Origin: an uncultured Verrucomicrobia subdivision 3 bacterium
Lineage (GTDB): Bacteria; Verrucomicrobiota; Verrucomicrobiia; Limisphaerales; UBA11358
Reading direction: 5' to 3'
NCBI GenBank assembly: GCA_903820285.1
Contig: CAIJGS010000329.1
Location: 1-62,856, forward strand
DNA length: 62,856 bases
Numbering within the stretch: position 1 is the first letter of the stretch; the number at the start of each line of letters is the position of its first letter. Below the pieces are notes generated by a model. That model was not told the origin of the DNA. It ran no database searches and saw only the letters and a list, made by a program, of their open reading frames with translations. Both the position numbers and the translations under genes were made by a program. Shown here piece after piece: positions 47,661 to 57,397 of the stretch.

Positions 47661-48071
47661 TCAACTCATCGTAAATGCCTCGGGCAACAACCCCGGTACC
47701 GTGAATTCCCGGATGTTTTTTAAATCATCACTGTCGGCGATGAAGACATCAGCTTTGGGCGCGTATTCGGCGAGCAACTGGCGGCAGGCGCCGCAGGGCA
47801 TGGGGCCTTGGTCCCAGCGGGCCACCACAGCCACGGCCACAAAATCGCGCTTCCCCTCCGTCAGCGCCTTGAAGAGCGCGATGCGTTCCGCGCAGCACGT
47901 CAGCCCGTAGCTGGCGCTTTCCACATTCGCGCCGCCGATGATTTCGCCGGTACGCGTCAGCAGCGCGGCGCCGACCAGGAATTTCGAATACGGCGCCACC
48001 GCCCCCTTCCGGGCACGGGCGGCGGCTTTCACCAGGGAGGTTTTGACGGCGGCTTTATTTGTTTTTTTCAT
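47661..48071 (-). CDS. cdd: Cytidine deaminase
   Basis: APYSKF.VGAA, NVESASYGLTCCAER, PCGACRQ. Confidence 0.95.
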   Translation of the reverse strand: MKKTNKAAVKTSLVKAAARARKGAVAPYSKFLVGAALLTRTGEIIGGANVESASYGLTCCAERIALFKALTEGKRDFVAVAVVARWDQGPMPCGACRQLLAEYAPKADVFIADSDDLKNIREFTVPGLLPEAFTMS

Positions 48072-48891
48072 GGAGGCGGGCAAAGGCTTCGATCAGGGCG
48101 GCGCCGGATTGTTTGACGCGTTCGGCGGTGACGAGGACTTCATTGTGCGAGAGTTTTTCCGGGCTGATGCCGGCGGCCAGGTTGGTGATGCAGGAAACGG
48201 CGGCCACGCGCATTCCCTCATGGCGGGCGACGATGGCCTCCGGCACCGTGCTCATGCCCACGGCATCCGCGCCGAGGGTGGCAAAGGCGCGGACTTCCGC
48301 CGGCGTCTCGTAGCTGGGGCCGCTCACGGCCAGATAAACGCCGCGCTGTAATTTGAGTCCCGCCACCTTGCCGGCCTGCACCAGGCGCGTGCGCAGTTCC
48401 AAATCGTAAACCTCCGTGAGATCCACAAAGCGCGCCAGCCCGGGGATGGCCGGACCGCGCAGCGGGTTCACCCCCATGAAATTGATGTGGTCGGTGAGCA
48501 TCATGAAATCGCCGGCATGAAATTTGGGATTGATGCCGCCGGCGGCATTGGTGAGCAGCAGATCGCGGATGCCGAAGGCGGCCAGGGTGCGGACGGCGAA
48601 AGTGACGCGGTCCATGGCATGGCCTTCATAATAATGGGCGCGCCCGCTCAGCACCGCCACCGGTGTGCCGCCGAGTTCGCCAAAATAGAGTTCACCCGCG
48701 TGGCCGCTCACACTGGGCAGCGGAAAACCCGGGATTTTGGCATACGGAATCTTTTTTTCGACGCGCAAACCGGCCAGCGCATGATGAAAGCCGCTGCCCA
48801 AAACAATCGCCAGCGTCGGACGCAAGGCTGACAATTTTTGCAAACGTTTGGCCGTCGTGGCCGGCAAAAGGGCCCCTTTTGTTACAGACAT
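48055..48891 (-). CDS. punA: Purine nucleoside phosphorylase (trimeric type)
   Basis: VLGSG, GHAG, GRAHYYEG, TNAAGG, GPSYETPAE, VGMSTVPE. Confidence 0.93.
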   Translation of the reverse strand: MSVTKGALLPATTAKRLQKLSALRPTLAIVLGSGFHHALAGLRVEKKIPYAKIPGFPLPSVSGHAGELYFGELGGTPVAVLSGRAHYYEGHAMDRVTFAVRTLAAFGIRDLLLTNAAGGINPKFHAGDFMMLTDHINFMGVNPLRGPAIPGLARFVDLTEVYDLELRTRLVQAGKVAGLKLQRGVYLAVSGPSYETPAEVRAFATLGADAVGMSTVPEAIVARHEGMRVAAVSCITNLAAGISPEKLSHNEVLVTAERVKQSGAALIEAFARLHEKNK

Positions 48892-48973
48892 GAAACGTGA
48901 ATAGCTGATTAACGGGTGAAACTGCAACACTTTTCGCTTTTGCAGACCCGTCCGGTCGTGTTCAATTGATGGT

Positions 48974-49312
48974 ATGAGTCTGACCCATCCTTTGACCACC
49001 ACGACGTTCGATCTGCCCGGCTACCGGGTGACGCGCTCCCTGGGCGTGGTGCGCGGCCTGATTGTCCGCTCGCGGTCGGTGATCGGCAATATCGGCGCCA
49101 ATCTCCAAAGCCTGTTCGGCGGCAACATAACACTGTACACTTCATTGTGTGAGCAGGCCCGCGAGGATGCGTTCAACCTCATGTTGACGCAGGCGGGCAC
49201 TCTGGGGGCCAACGCGGTGATCGGAGTGCGCTATGATGCCACCGAGATCGCTCCGGGCATCACCGAGGTGTTGTGCTACGGCACGGCCGTTTCCGTGGAA
49301 AAGGTCAATTGA
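48974..49312 (+). CDS. YbjQ/UPF0145 family protein
   Basis: [30 protein letters not shown]. Confidence 0.92.
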   Translation: MSLTHPLTTTTFDLPGYRVTRSLGVVRGLIVRSRSVIGNIGANLQSLFGGNITLYTSLCEQAREDAFNLMLTQAGTLGANAVIGVRYDATEIAPGITEVLCYGTAVSVEKVN

Positions 49313-49545
49313 TTCGGAAATTTGACAAACTACGGAAGTTCGGCGCTATTGTTTCTCCGTCCCAAGGTGTAAAACGGCAACCCAACCGCCGCCGGAAATA
49401 TCCGGAAATGAATTTTGCAAATGGCAGCTAATCAAACAGTGATGCAGTACAAACAACTCAGGGCGATGCCCGTGCGGCACACCCGGATTTTATCCGGGCG
49501 GCGGTGCCTGGCATTATGGTCCCCGGGGATGGAGTTGGCCGCATC

Positions 49546-52317
49546 ATGAAGGCGCTGAGCCAGGACAGCTTCATGGCGCGGATTCTCGGCTGGGTGGCGG
49601 CGGCCGTCCTGCGCCATCCCCGTCTGTTTGTCTGGCCGCAGATCTTGATCTTCGGCCTCTGCGTGGCTTATACGGTTTTCCACCTGAAGCTGGACATGGA
49701 CAACGACCATCTGGTCGGCCCCAACCAGCGCTATCACGCCAACCATCTGGCGATGCTCAAGGAATTTCCCGAGCCCGACCGGTTGGTGGTGGCAGTGGAG
49801 AGCGATAATCCGGAAAAAAACCGCCAGTTCGTCGAACGCATCGCCGTCAAAATCCAGGCCGAAACCAACCTGTTCCGCGATGTCTTCTACCAGCAAAACC
49901 TCTCGGTGATGCGGGAAAAAACCCTGCTGTACGCCTCCGACCAGGATCTGGTGGAGATGCAAAACCTGCTGCGCGTGGCGCAGCCGTTCATCCGCCAGTT
50001 TACGCAGACGACGAATCTCGTTTCGCTCTTTGAGCAGATCAACACCACTTTCCGTACCGCGCCGCAGGAAGAAACCACGGAGACGAAGTCGCTGGTAAAA
50101 TCGCTGCCCTCGCTCACGCGCATCGTGTCGCAGGCCGAACAGGCGCTGCAACGCTCCGGTGTGCCCCCCTCGCCCAATGTCACCACCCTGCTGAGCGGGG
50201 ATGAAAATGCGCTGCTGTCCAGTTACCTGACCTTTGCGAAGGGCCGGCTGTTTCTGGTAACAACGCATGCGCCGAATGATGATCTGACCGGCGATGCCAT
50301 CGAACGCCTGCGCGTGCTGGTGCAGCAAACGGAGGCCGAAGTGCCCGGCGTGAACGTGGGCCTGACCGGCGAGCCCGTGCTGGATTACGACACCATGATG
50401 CAGGCGCAGAAGGACACCACCCTGGCGAGCATGGTGTCACTCGTGCTGTGCGCGCTGATCTTTATTTACGGTTACAACGAAACCGGCCGCCCCATCAAGG
50501 CGACGATTTGCCTCGTGATTGGCTTGGGCTACACGATGGGCTTTACCACGTTGGTGGTCGGGCACCTGAACATTCTCACCATCACGTTCGTGCCCATGCT
50601 GATCGGGCTGGCGATTGATTTCGGCGTGCATTTGATCACGCGCTACGAGGAGGAATTGCGTCATGGCCGGACCGAAGCCGAGGCGTTGACCAAGGCCATG
50701 GTGTTCACCGGGCAGGGCATTTTCACCGGTGCCCTGACCACAGCCGGCGCGTTTGGCGCCATGGCCTTTACGAATTTCAAGGGCATCCAGGAAATGGGCA
50801 TCATCTGCGGCGGCGGCCTGATGCTGTGCCTCGTTCCCATGCTGACCATGCTGCCGGCGCTGCTGCTCCGGGGCCGGCAGAATGTGCTCGACCATAAGGT
50901 CCGGGAAGATGAGACCCGTGCGCGCATCGAAAACATCTGGCTGCAACGTCCCTGGCTTGTGGCCGGTATCACCGCCAGCCTGTGCGTGGCGGCCTTGATA
51001 GCCGGTCGCAAACTGTATTTCGATTACAATCTGCTCAAGATGCAGAACCCCCGCCTGCCCTCGGTGGTTTATGCACAGAAGCTGATGAACTCGGCGGACA
51101 AGTCGCTGCTCTACGCAGCGGTCATCACTGATTCACTAACCAATGCGGTGGCGCTGCAGCAGAAAATTGAAAAACTGCCGCTCGTGGCCGGCACGGAACC
51201 GGAGTTCTACAAGGATTTCCTCAATACCAACCAGTCCGAAAAACTGCGGCTGATCGGCCAGATCAAACAACAGGTGGCGGCAATGGATTTCGCCCCGCCG
51301 GATCCCCGGCCCGTGAATGTCGATGCCCTCACCAGCACGCTGTACAGCTTGTCCGGTTATTTGGGCAACGCCCTGGAGGCGGTCGGCACCAATGATGCCG
51401 AGCTCACAGCCCAACTCGTCCGTTTGCGGGAAGGCATTGGCAGCCTGCGCAAGACGGCCTTGCAAGGCGATGCCAAGGTGCTCGCCGAGCATGCCGACAA
51501 GCTCGCCCATTTTCAGCAGGCGCTCTTTGCGGATCTCGCGGATACGTTTCATCTGCTGCAACACCAGGACAATAGCGCCCCGCTGCAGGTAAGTGATCTG
51601 CCCCCGGCGCTGAAGAACCAGTTCATCGGCGTCTCCGGCAAATTCCTCATCCAGATTTACCCCAAGGAAGATGTGTGGGAACGTGCGCCACAGGAACGGT
51701 TCATCGCCGCGTTGCGGGCGATTGATCCGGATGTGACCGGCACACCCGTGCAGTTGTACGAATATGAATCCTTGTTGAAAAACAGTTATGTGCAGGCGTC
51801 ATGGTATTCCCTCGCGGCGATCGCCCTGATGGTGCTGATCCATTTCCGCAGCCTGACCGCCGTAATCCTGGCGCTGCTGCCGGTCGGCATCGGCACGCTG
51901 TGGCTGGTGGGCCTGATGGGCTGGCTGAAAATGCCGGTGAATCTTTCCAACATCATGACGCTGCCCCTGGTGATCGGCATTGGCGTGACCAACGGCATCC
52001 ACATCCTAAATCGCTATGCGGAAGAAGGTACGCCGGGTATATTGTCGCGCAGCACCGGCAAGGCGGTGCTCGTCTCAGGATTGACGGCCATCGCCGGATT
52101 CGGCAGTCTGATTCTGGCGCAGCACAACGGCATTCACAGCCTGGGGGTGATTATGTCGGTGGGCATTGCCATGTGCATGCTGGCGGGCTTGACGTTTTTG
52201 CCGGCCTTTTTAAATTTGATCGGACGCTGGCGTCCCTTGATTGACAATAAAAAACCCGATGCTGACGACTCGTCAACACCGGGTTCAGGAGGAACCGAGG
52301 TAAAAAACCTCAATTAA
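49546..52317 (+). CDS. MMPL/RND lipid transporter (HpnN-like)
   Basis: Two MMPL halves; GLTGEP, LIGLAIDFGVH, IGIGVTNGIH, LTAIAGFGSL. Confidence 0.88.
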   Translation: MKALSQDSFMARILGWVAAAVLRHPRLFVWPQILIFGLCVAYTVFHLKLDMDNDHLVGPNQRYHANHLAMLKEFPEPDRLVVAVESDNPEKNRQFVERIAVKIQAETNLFRDVFYQQNLSVMREKTLLYASDQDLVEMQNLLRVAQPFIRQFTQTTNLVSLFEQINTTFRTAPQEETTETKSLVKSLPSLTRIVSQAEQALQRSGVPPSPNVTTLLSGDENALLSSYLTFAKGRLFLVTTHAPNDDLTGDAIERLRVLVQQTEAEVPGVNVGLTGEPVLDYDTMMQAQKDTTLASMVSLVLCALIFIYGYNETGRPIKATICLVIGLGYTMGFTTLVVGHLNILTITFVPMLIGLAIDFGVHLITRYEEELRHGRTEAEALTKAMVFTGQGIFTGALTTAGAFGAMAFTNFKGIQEMGIICGGGLMLCLVPMLTMLPALLLRGRQNVLDHKVREDETRARIENIWLQRPWLVAGITASLCVAALIAGRKLYFDYNLLKMQNPRLPSVVYAQKLMNSADKSLLYAAVITDSLTNAVALQQKIEKLPLVAGTEPEFYKDFLNTNQSEKLRLIGQIKQQVAAMDFAPPDPRPVNVDALTSTLYSLSGYLGNALEAVGTNDAELTAQLVRLREGIGSLRKTALQGDAKVLAEHADKLAHFQQALFADLADTFHLLQHQDNSAPLQVSDLPPALKNQFIGVSGKFLIQIYPKEDVWERAPQERFIAALRAIDPDVTGTPVQLYEYESLLKNSYVQASWYSLAAIALMVLIHFRSLTAVILALLPVGIGTLWLVGLMGWLKMPVNLSNIMTLPLVIGIGVTNGIHILNRYAEEGTPGILSRSTGKAVLVSGLTAIAGFGSLILAQHNGIHSLGVIMSVGIAMCMLAGLTFLPAFLNLIGRWRPLIDNKKPDADDSSTPGSGGTEVKNLN
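52247..52315 (-). ncRNA. Candidate ~68-nt sRNA antisense to the MMPL 3' end
   Basis: TTGACT-17-TATTTT promoter (52350-52322); 5' hairpin; unpaired CCUCCUG; 15-bp terminator stem plus U-tract. Confidence 0.6.
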
Positions 52318-52424
52318 GTCCAAAATAAGTCACAATTTGCCAAAAGTCAATATCAATGTAAAATGCATGGGTAAATTGACTCATATTGGCTAATAACCGA
52401 ATACGGTAACGATAACTTTAAAAA

Positions 52425-53861
52425 ATGATTCAGCGCCAAATCGCAGTCGCAGTGATAATTAGCTTGGGAGGCGTTTTTGCCCGTCCATTGGCCGCGGCGA
52501 CGCCCAATCCCGACCGCGGTCCCGCGCTGGCGCGCTTCCAATTGACGCTCGAAGAGGGCGTTCGCACCGAGGCCGCCGGCCCGTTTTATTATTCGGAAAC
52601 CAAGGGACAGGAACATAATTGGGGCTTCATTCCCTTTTATTCGCACTACGTCGATCCGTCCGTGGAATACAGTGAGAAGGAAATTCTTTATCCCCTGTTT
52701 TCCGACATTCATTACGGCAAGGAGCATCGCTGGCAGTTCGGCCAGTTGTACAGCATTGCCCTCGGTGGAGAACCGGATGACAGCACCACCCGGCGCGTGA
52801 CCGTGTTTCCATTTTACTTCAAGCAGCGCGCCGCCGACACGAATCTGAATTATACGGCCTACATGCCGTTCTACGGGCGCCTGAAGGACCGTTTGTTTCA
52901 CGACGAAATGTATTTCGTGATGTTCCCGTTTTACGCGGAAACCCGCAAACGGGATGTGGTGATCAAAAACTACATGTACCCCTTTGTGGATGTCCGCCAT
53001 GGCGATGGCATGCACGGCTGGCAAGTGTGGCCCATCATCGGCCGCGAACACAAGGACGTGACCACCCAGACCAACGGGTTTGGCGAGGCGATCGTGGTGG
53101 GCGGCCATGACCGGTCCTTTTTCATATGGCCGTTTTATCTGAAGCAGGACAACGGCGTGGGCACGGATAATCCGGAGAAAAACCGCACTTCGTTCCCCTT
53201 CTACTCGTACTCGCGGTCACCGCTGCGGGACGCCACCTCCGCCCTCCTGATTTTCAACTGGATCGACGATCGCGGGAAAAAGTACCACGAGTGGCAGGGG
53301 CCCTGGCCGTTTGTCATTTTCACGCGCGGCGAAGGCAAGACCACGTCGCGCGTCTGGCCGGTGTTCAGCCAGTCGCATGATGCCTCGCAGGAGAGCGATT
53401 CGTACCTGTGGCCGGCGTATGTGTATCGGAGCACGCATTCGGCGGATCTGGATTTCCGGCGGACGCGCATTGGCTTTTATCTGTACGTCAGCGTGGTGGA
53501 AAAGAATCTCGCCACCGGCGGGGAACGCCGCCGGCTGGATATATGGCCGTTCTTCACCTGGCACCGGGATTTCAATGGCAACGAGCGGTTGCAAATTCTG
53601 GCCCCCGTGGAACCCGCCATCCCCGACCAGCGCGGCATTGTGCGCAACTGGTCGCCGTTCTGGTCGTTCTGGCGCGCCGAAAAGAACGCGCATACCGGGG
53701 CCACCAGCCGGTCATTGCTCTGGAATTTTTACCGCTGCGAGACCCGGCCCGGGTACAAAAAAGTCTCGCTCTGCTTCGGCCTTTTTGGGTATGAATCAGG
53801 CGGGGAAAGCAAGCCGGCCACTCCGGATTCAAGTCCTGGCCCGGCGGTGAACACTCATTGA
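52425..53861 (+). CDS. Exported aromatic-repeat protein of unknown function
   Basis: Signal peptide; about 14 repeats of a hydrophobic-P-F/L/I-Y/F motif (FIPFY, VFPFY, IWPFY, IWPFF). Confidence 0.75.
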   Translation: MIQRQIAVAVIISLGGVFARPLAAATPNPDRGPALARFQLTLEEGVRTEAAGPFYYSETKGQEHNWGFIPFYSHYVDPSVEYSEKEILYPLFSDIHYGKEHRWQFGQLYSIALGGEPDDSTTRRVTVFPFYFKQRAADTNLNYTAYMPFYGRLKDRLFHDEMYFVMFPFYAETRKRDVVIKNYMYPFVDVRHGDGMHGWQVWPIIGREHKDVTTQTNGFGEAIVVGGHDRSFFIWPFYLKQDNGVGTDNPEKNRTSFPFYSYSRSPLRDATSALLIFNWIDDRGKKYHEWQGPWPFVIFTRGEGKTTSRVWPVFSQSHDASQESDSYLWPAYVYRSTHSADLDFRRTRIGFYLYVSVVEKNLATGGERRRLDIWPFFTWHRDFNGNERLQILAPVEPAIPDQRGIVRNWSPFWSFWRAEKNAHTGATSRSLLWNFYRCETRPGYKKVSLCFGLFGYESGGESKPATPDSSPGPAVNTH

Positions 53862-53864
53862 TTT

Positions 53865-54614
53865 ATGTTTGATAACATCGGACAGATTGCCCTTCTGTTC
53901 TGGCGCACGGTGCTGGCTTTGCCGCAGACGTGGCGCCAGCGGCAGAAGGTGTTTGATCAGTTTTTCGAAATCGGCAACGCCAGCCTCCTGATGGTGTGTG
54001 TGCTGTCGTTTTTCATTGGCGCGACCATCGCCCTCGTCACGGGGCCGGTGATGGTGGAGCGCAGCCTCAGCAACGCCGTGGGCGGCGTGGTGGGTTATGC
54101 GATTGCGAATGAACTCGCGCCGGTCATGATGGCCATCCTCATCGCCGGCCGCATCGGCTCCGCCATGGCGGCGGAAATCGGGTCCATGCGCGTCTACCAG
54201 GAAATTGACGCCCTGCGCACCATGAACATCAATCCCATCACCTATCTGGTGCTGCCCCGGGTGCTGGCCATTTCGCTGGCGTTGCCCATGCTGGTGGTAT
54301 TCGCGATTCTCGTCGGCTGGTTCGGCGGCGCGGTTGTGGCCAATTTCAATCACCTGATGGACATTCCGTTCCAGGTCTTTTTTGCCGACCTGAAAGACAT
54401 TGTGCATCTCGAGGATGTCGTTCACGGCCTGATCAAGAGCTTCTTTTTCTCGGTGATCATCGGCATTATTTCCTGCCATCAGGGGCTCACGACCATTGGC
54501 GGCCCGCGCGGCATCGGCCGCTCCGTGACCAAGGCCGTGGTCAATTCCATTGTGCTGGTGGTGTTCATGGATTACATCCTCACCCTGGTCCTCACCCATT
54601 TCTCGCACCGATGA
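53865..54614 (+). CDS. mlaE: MlaE-family ABC permease
   Basis: ELAPVM, AGRIGSAMAAEIGSM, EIDAL, GGPRGIG. Confidence 0.93.
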   Translation: MFDNIGQIALLFWRTVLALPQTWRQRQKVFDQFFEIGNASLLMVCVLSFFIGATIALVTGPVMVERSLSNAVGGVVGYAIANELAPVMMAILIAGRIGSAMAAEIGSMRVYQEIDALRTMNINPITYLVLPRVLAISLALPMLVVFAILVGWFGGAVVANFNHLMDIPFQVFFADLKDIVHLEDVVHGLIKSFFFSVIIGIISCHQGLTTIGGPRGIGRSVTKAVVNSIVLVVFMDYILTLVLTHFSHR

Positions 54615-55384
54615 ATACTTCCAACGGTAACAACTCCAACGGCAAAGCAGGTGGCGTCAACCTCGTGGTGCGCGGCCTGCGCAAGAGCTTTAACGGCCAG
54701 GAAGTGATCAAGGGCATTGATTTTGAGGTCCAGCCCGGCGAAATCTTCGTCATCATGGGGCCGAGCGGCAGCGGCAAAAGTGTGCTGCTCAAACATCTCA
54801 TCGGCCTCGAACCGGCGGATGCCGGCGACATCCTGATCAATAACGAACCCATCACGAACCCGGAGATCGCCGCGAAATATCGTATGGCCCTCGTGTTCCA
54901 ATCCGGCGCGCTGCTGAGCTCGCTGACCGTCGGCGAAAACGTCGGTCTCTACCTCGCCGAACACCGGTTGAAACCGCCGGAGGAAATCGAGCGCATCGTC
55001 GCGGAAAAACTGACCGACGTCGGCCTCAAGGATGTCATGCACAAGCTGCCCTCCGAACTTTCCGGCGGCATGAAGAAACGCGCCGCCATCGCGCGCGCCC
55101 TCGTCATCGAACCGCAGCTCATTCTGTACGATGAACCGACCAGCGAGTTGGACCCGCTCTCCTCCATCGTCATCGGCGAGGAAATCCTGGAGCTGAACCG
55201 GCGCACCGGCGTGACCTCCCTGGTCGTGTCCCACGATCGCGACCTCGCCTTCGGCGTGGCCACCCGCATCGCCATCATTTCCGAAGGCCGCATCCTCACG
55301 ATCGGTACGCCGGACGAAGTCAAACAGTTCAAGCACCCCCTCGTGCAACAATTTTTGCATGCTGATTTCAAACGTGAAAGATAA
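54611..55384 (+). CDS. mlaF: MlaF-family ABC ATPase
   Basis: GPSGSGKS, FQSGAL, LSGGMKKR, YDEPT. Confidence 0.93.
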   Translation: MNTSNGNNSNGKAGGVNLVVRGLRKSFNGQEVIKGIDFEVQPGEIFVIMGPSGSGKSVLLKHLIGLEPADAGDILINNEPITNPEIAAKYRMALVFQSGALLSSLTVGENVGLYLAEHRLKPPEEIERIVAEKLTDVGLKDVMHKLPSELSGGMKKRAAIARALVIEPQLILYDEPTSELDPLSSIVIGEEILELNRRTGVTSLVVSHDRDLAFGVATRIAIISEGRILTIGTPDEVKQFKHPLVQQFLHADFKRER

Positions 55385-55396
55385 ACCATTCCGCCT

Positions 55397-56347
55397 ATGA
55401 AAAACTCCCTCGAAACCAAGCTCGGCGTCTTTGTCGTCCTCGTCATCTTCGCCGCGTGGGCCATCGTTGAAACCCTCGGCAGCGCCGATATCTTCAGCCA
55501 CGGCTACCATATCAGTGCGCAATTCGACAACGCGCAGGACCTCAAGATCGGCGACCGCGTCAAAATGGCCGGCGTCGAAATCGGCCGCGTGGACAACATC
55601 TCCCTCAGCGATGAGAAGGTGGTTGTTACCATGAAGCTCAAGAGCGACGCCGTGGTCCACACCGACAGCAAGGCCGCCATCAAGTTCACCGGCCTCATGG
55701 GCCAGAACTTTGTCGCCGTCGGCTTCGGCTCCGCCGCCGCCCCCAAAGCCGCCGATGGCGCCGTGCTCGAAACCTATGAGCAGCCCGATCTCAGCGCCAT
55801 CATGGCCAAGCTCGACACCGCCGCCAGCGGCATCCAGAACCTCACCAAGAGCTTCACCGGCGACAAGATCGACAACCTCATCGGACCGCTCACCGACTTC
55901 TTCAAGCAGAACAGCGGCCCCATCACCGCCACCATTGCCAACGTAAAGAACATTTCCAGCCAGATCGCCGCCGGCCAGGGCACCGTGGGCAAGTTGATTT
56001 ATGACGAATCGCTGTACGCCTCCGCCATGACCACCGTCACCAATCTGCAGGACACCGTGGCCTCCGCCAAGCTCGTCGTGGACAACGTCAATTCCGGCCA
56101 GGGCACCATCGGCAAATTGCTGACCGATGAAACCCTTTACCGCGCCACCACCTCCTCCATGACCAACCTGAACGGCATCCTGTCCAAGATCAACGGTGGC
56201 AACGGCACCGTCGGCAAACTCGTCAACGACCAGGAATTCTACAAAAACGCCAAGCTCTCCCTCCAGAAACTCGACAAAGCTGCCGACGGCCTCGAAGACC
56301 AGGGCCCGCTGAGCGTGCTCGGCATTATGGCCAACAACCTGTTCTGA
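55397..56347 (+). CDS. mlaD: MlaD/MCE-family protein
   Basis: ETKLGVFV, GDRVKMAGVEIGRV, GLMGQ, three GTxGKL repeats. Confidence 0.92.
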   Translation: MKNSLETKLGVFVVLVIFAAWAIVETLGSADIFSHGYHISAQFDNAQDLKIGDRVKMAGVEIGRVDNISLSDEKVVVTMKLKSDAVVHTDSKAAIKFTGLMGQNFVAVGFGSAAAPKAADGAVLETYEQPDLSAIMAKLDTAASGIQNLTKSFTGDKIDNLIGPLTDFFKQNSGPITATIANVKNISSQIAAGQGTVGKLIYDESLYASAMTTVTNLQDTVASAKLVVDNVNSGQGTIGKLLTDETLYRATTSSMTNLNGILSKINGGNGTVGKLVNDQEFYKNAKLSLQKLDKAADGLEDQGPLSVLGIMANNLF

Positions 56348-56389
56348 TGGTCCCGGCGGACGGCTACCGGCCCCGCGAATGATTCAACG

Positions 56390-56426
56390 AAGACCCGGCC
56401 TTTAAAACGCCGGGTCTTTTTCTTTT
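56390..56426 (+). terminator. Intrinsic terminator of the mla operon
   Basis: AAGACCCGGC-9-GCCGGGTCTT followed by TTTCTTTT. Confidence 0.8.
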
Positions 56427-56435
56427 ATATCAAAG

Positions 56436-56972
56436 TCAATTTTTACCAGCCGCATCCGCCTGCGCTTTCTGAATCTGTTTCACCAGGTCGTTGTATTTCG
56501 CGACGATGTCGTTGCGGTCTTTGATGGCGGCGTTGTATTTCGTCACGAGCTCGTCGCGCTGGGTGGCCAGTTCCGCGAGCGCGGCGTTCTGCTTGGTGAT
56601 GCCGGTGGCGGCTTCTTTCAACTTGGCTTCGAGAGCGTCCACGCCGGTCTGATATTCGGCGACTTGGTTGGTGAGGCTTTGGTTCAGGAAGCTGATCCGG
56701 TTGAGTTCGCGTTTCTGCGTGGTGATCAGAGCTTCATTGGCCTGCGCAGCCTCCTTGAGGGTGGTCAATTCGGCATCAAACGTGCCAACTTGGTGGTTGA
56801 GCGTGGCCAGGGAATTGGTATAGCCCTGGATGGCAGTGTCCCGCTGAAAGACAAGTTGGTTAAGCCCGCCGATGGCATTACGCTGTACGATTTGATCGTG
56901 CCACTGATAAAGGCAGAGACCGCAGAGGCCGATGGCCAGGACGATGAGCAGGTTGCGTTGGAAATATTTCAT
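56436..56972 (-). CDS. Membrane-anchored coiled-coil protein
   Basis: N-terminal TM then heptad-rich sequence; 5 nt after exbD. Confidence 0.75.
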   Translation of the reverse strand: MKYFQRNLLIVLAIGLCGLCLYQWHDQIVQRNAIGGLNQLVFQRDTAIQGYTNSLATLNHQVGTFDAELTTLKEAAQANEALITTQKRELNRISFLNQSLTNQVAEYQTGVDALEAKLKEAATGITKQNAALAELATQRDELVTKYNAAIKDRNDIVAKYNDLVKQIQKAQADAAGKN

Positions 56973-56977
56973 AGGAT

Positions 56978-57397
56978 TCAGGGCTGGCCGGGCAAGGTTT
57001 TGACGGCGAGGGCGACGCGCTGGACGCCGGCGTGCTTAACAAAGTCCAGGGCAAACATCACATTGCCATGAGTGGTGTCCCGGGTGCCGGTAATGTAAAC
57101 GGGCAGATTGGTGTTCAGGCTCAGCCGATTCGTGAGCAGGGTAAAAAGATCCGGCAGGCTCAGCGCGCGGTCACCCACCGAAATCTGGCCGTCTTTCTCC
57201 ACGGTGAGGTTGACGATATCCGGCTTGGTCGCAGCGGTGGCGAGCGTGGCGGTCGGCAGGCCGGCCTTGAGCGTGCGGACGATCTGCATCTGCAGGCTGA
57301 CCATCATGAAGGCGGCGAGCAAAAAGAACATGATGTCAATCAGCGGAATGATCTCCAGCCGGGTCTTGGCAGCAGGCAATGGATTGCGAATTTTCAT
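56978..57397 (-). CDS. exbD: ExbD/TolR
   Basis: IIPLIDIMFFLLAAF. Confidence 0.92.
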   Translation of the reverse strand: MKIRNPLPAAKTRLEIIPLIDIMFFLLAAFMMVSLQMQIVRTLKAGLPTATLATAATKPDIVNLTVEKDGQISVGDRALSLPDLFTLLTNRLSLNTNLPVYITGTRDTTHGNVMFALDFVKHAGVQRVALAVKTLPGQP

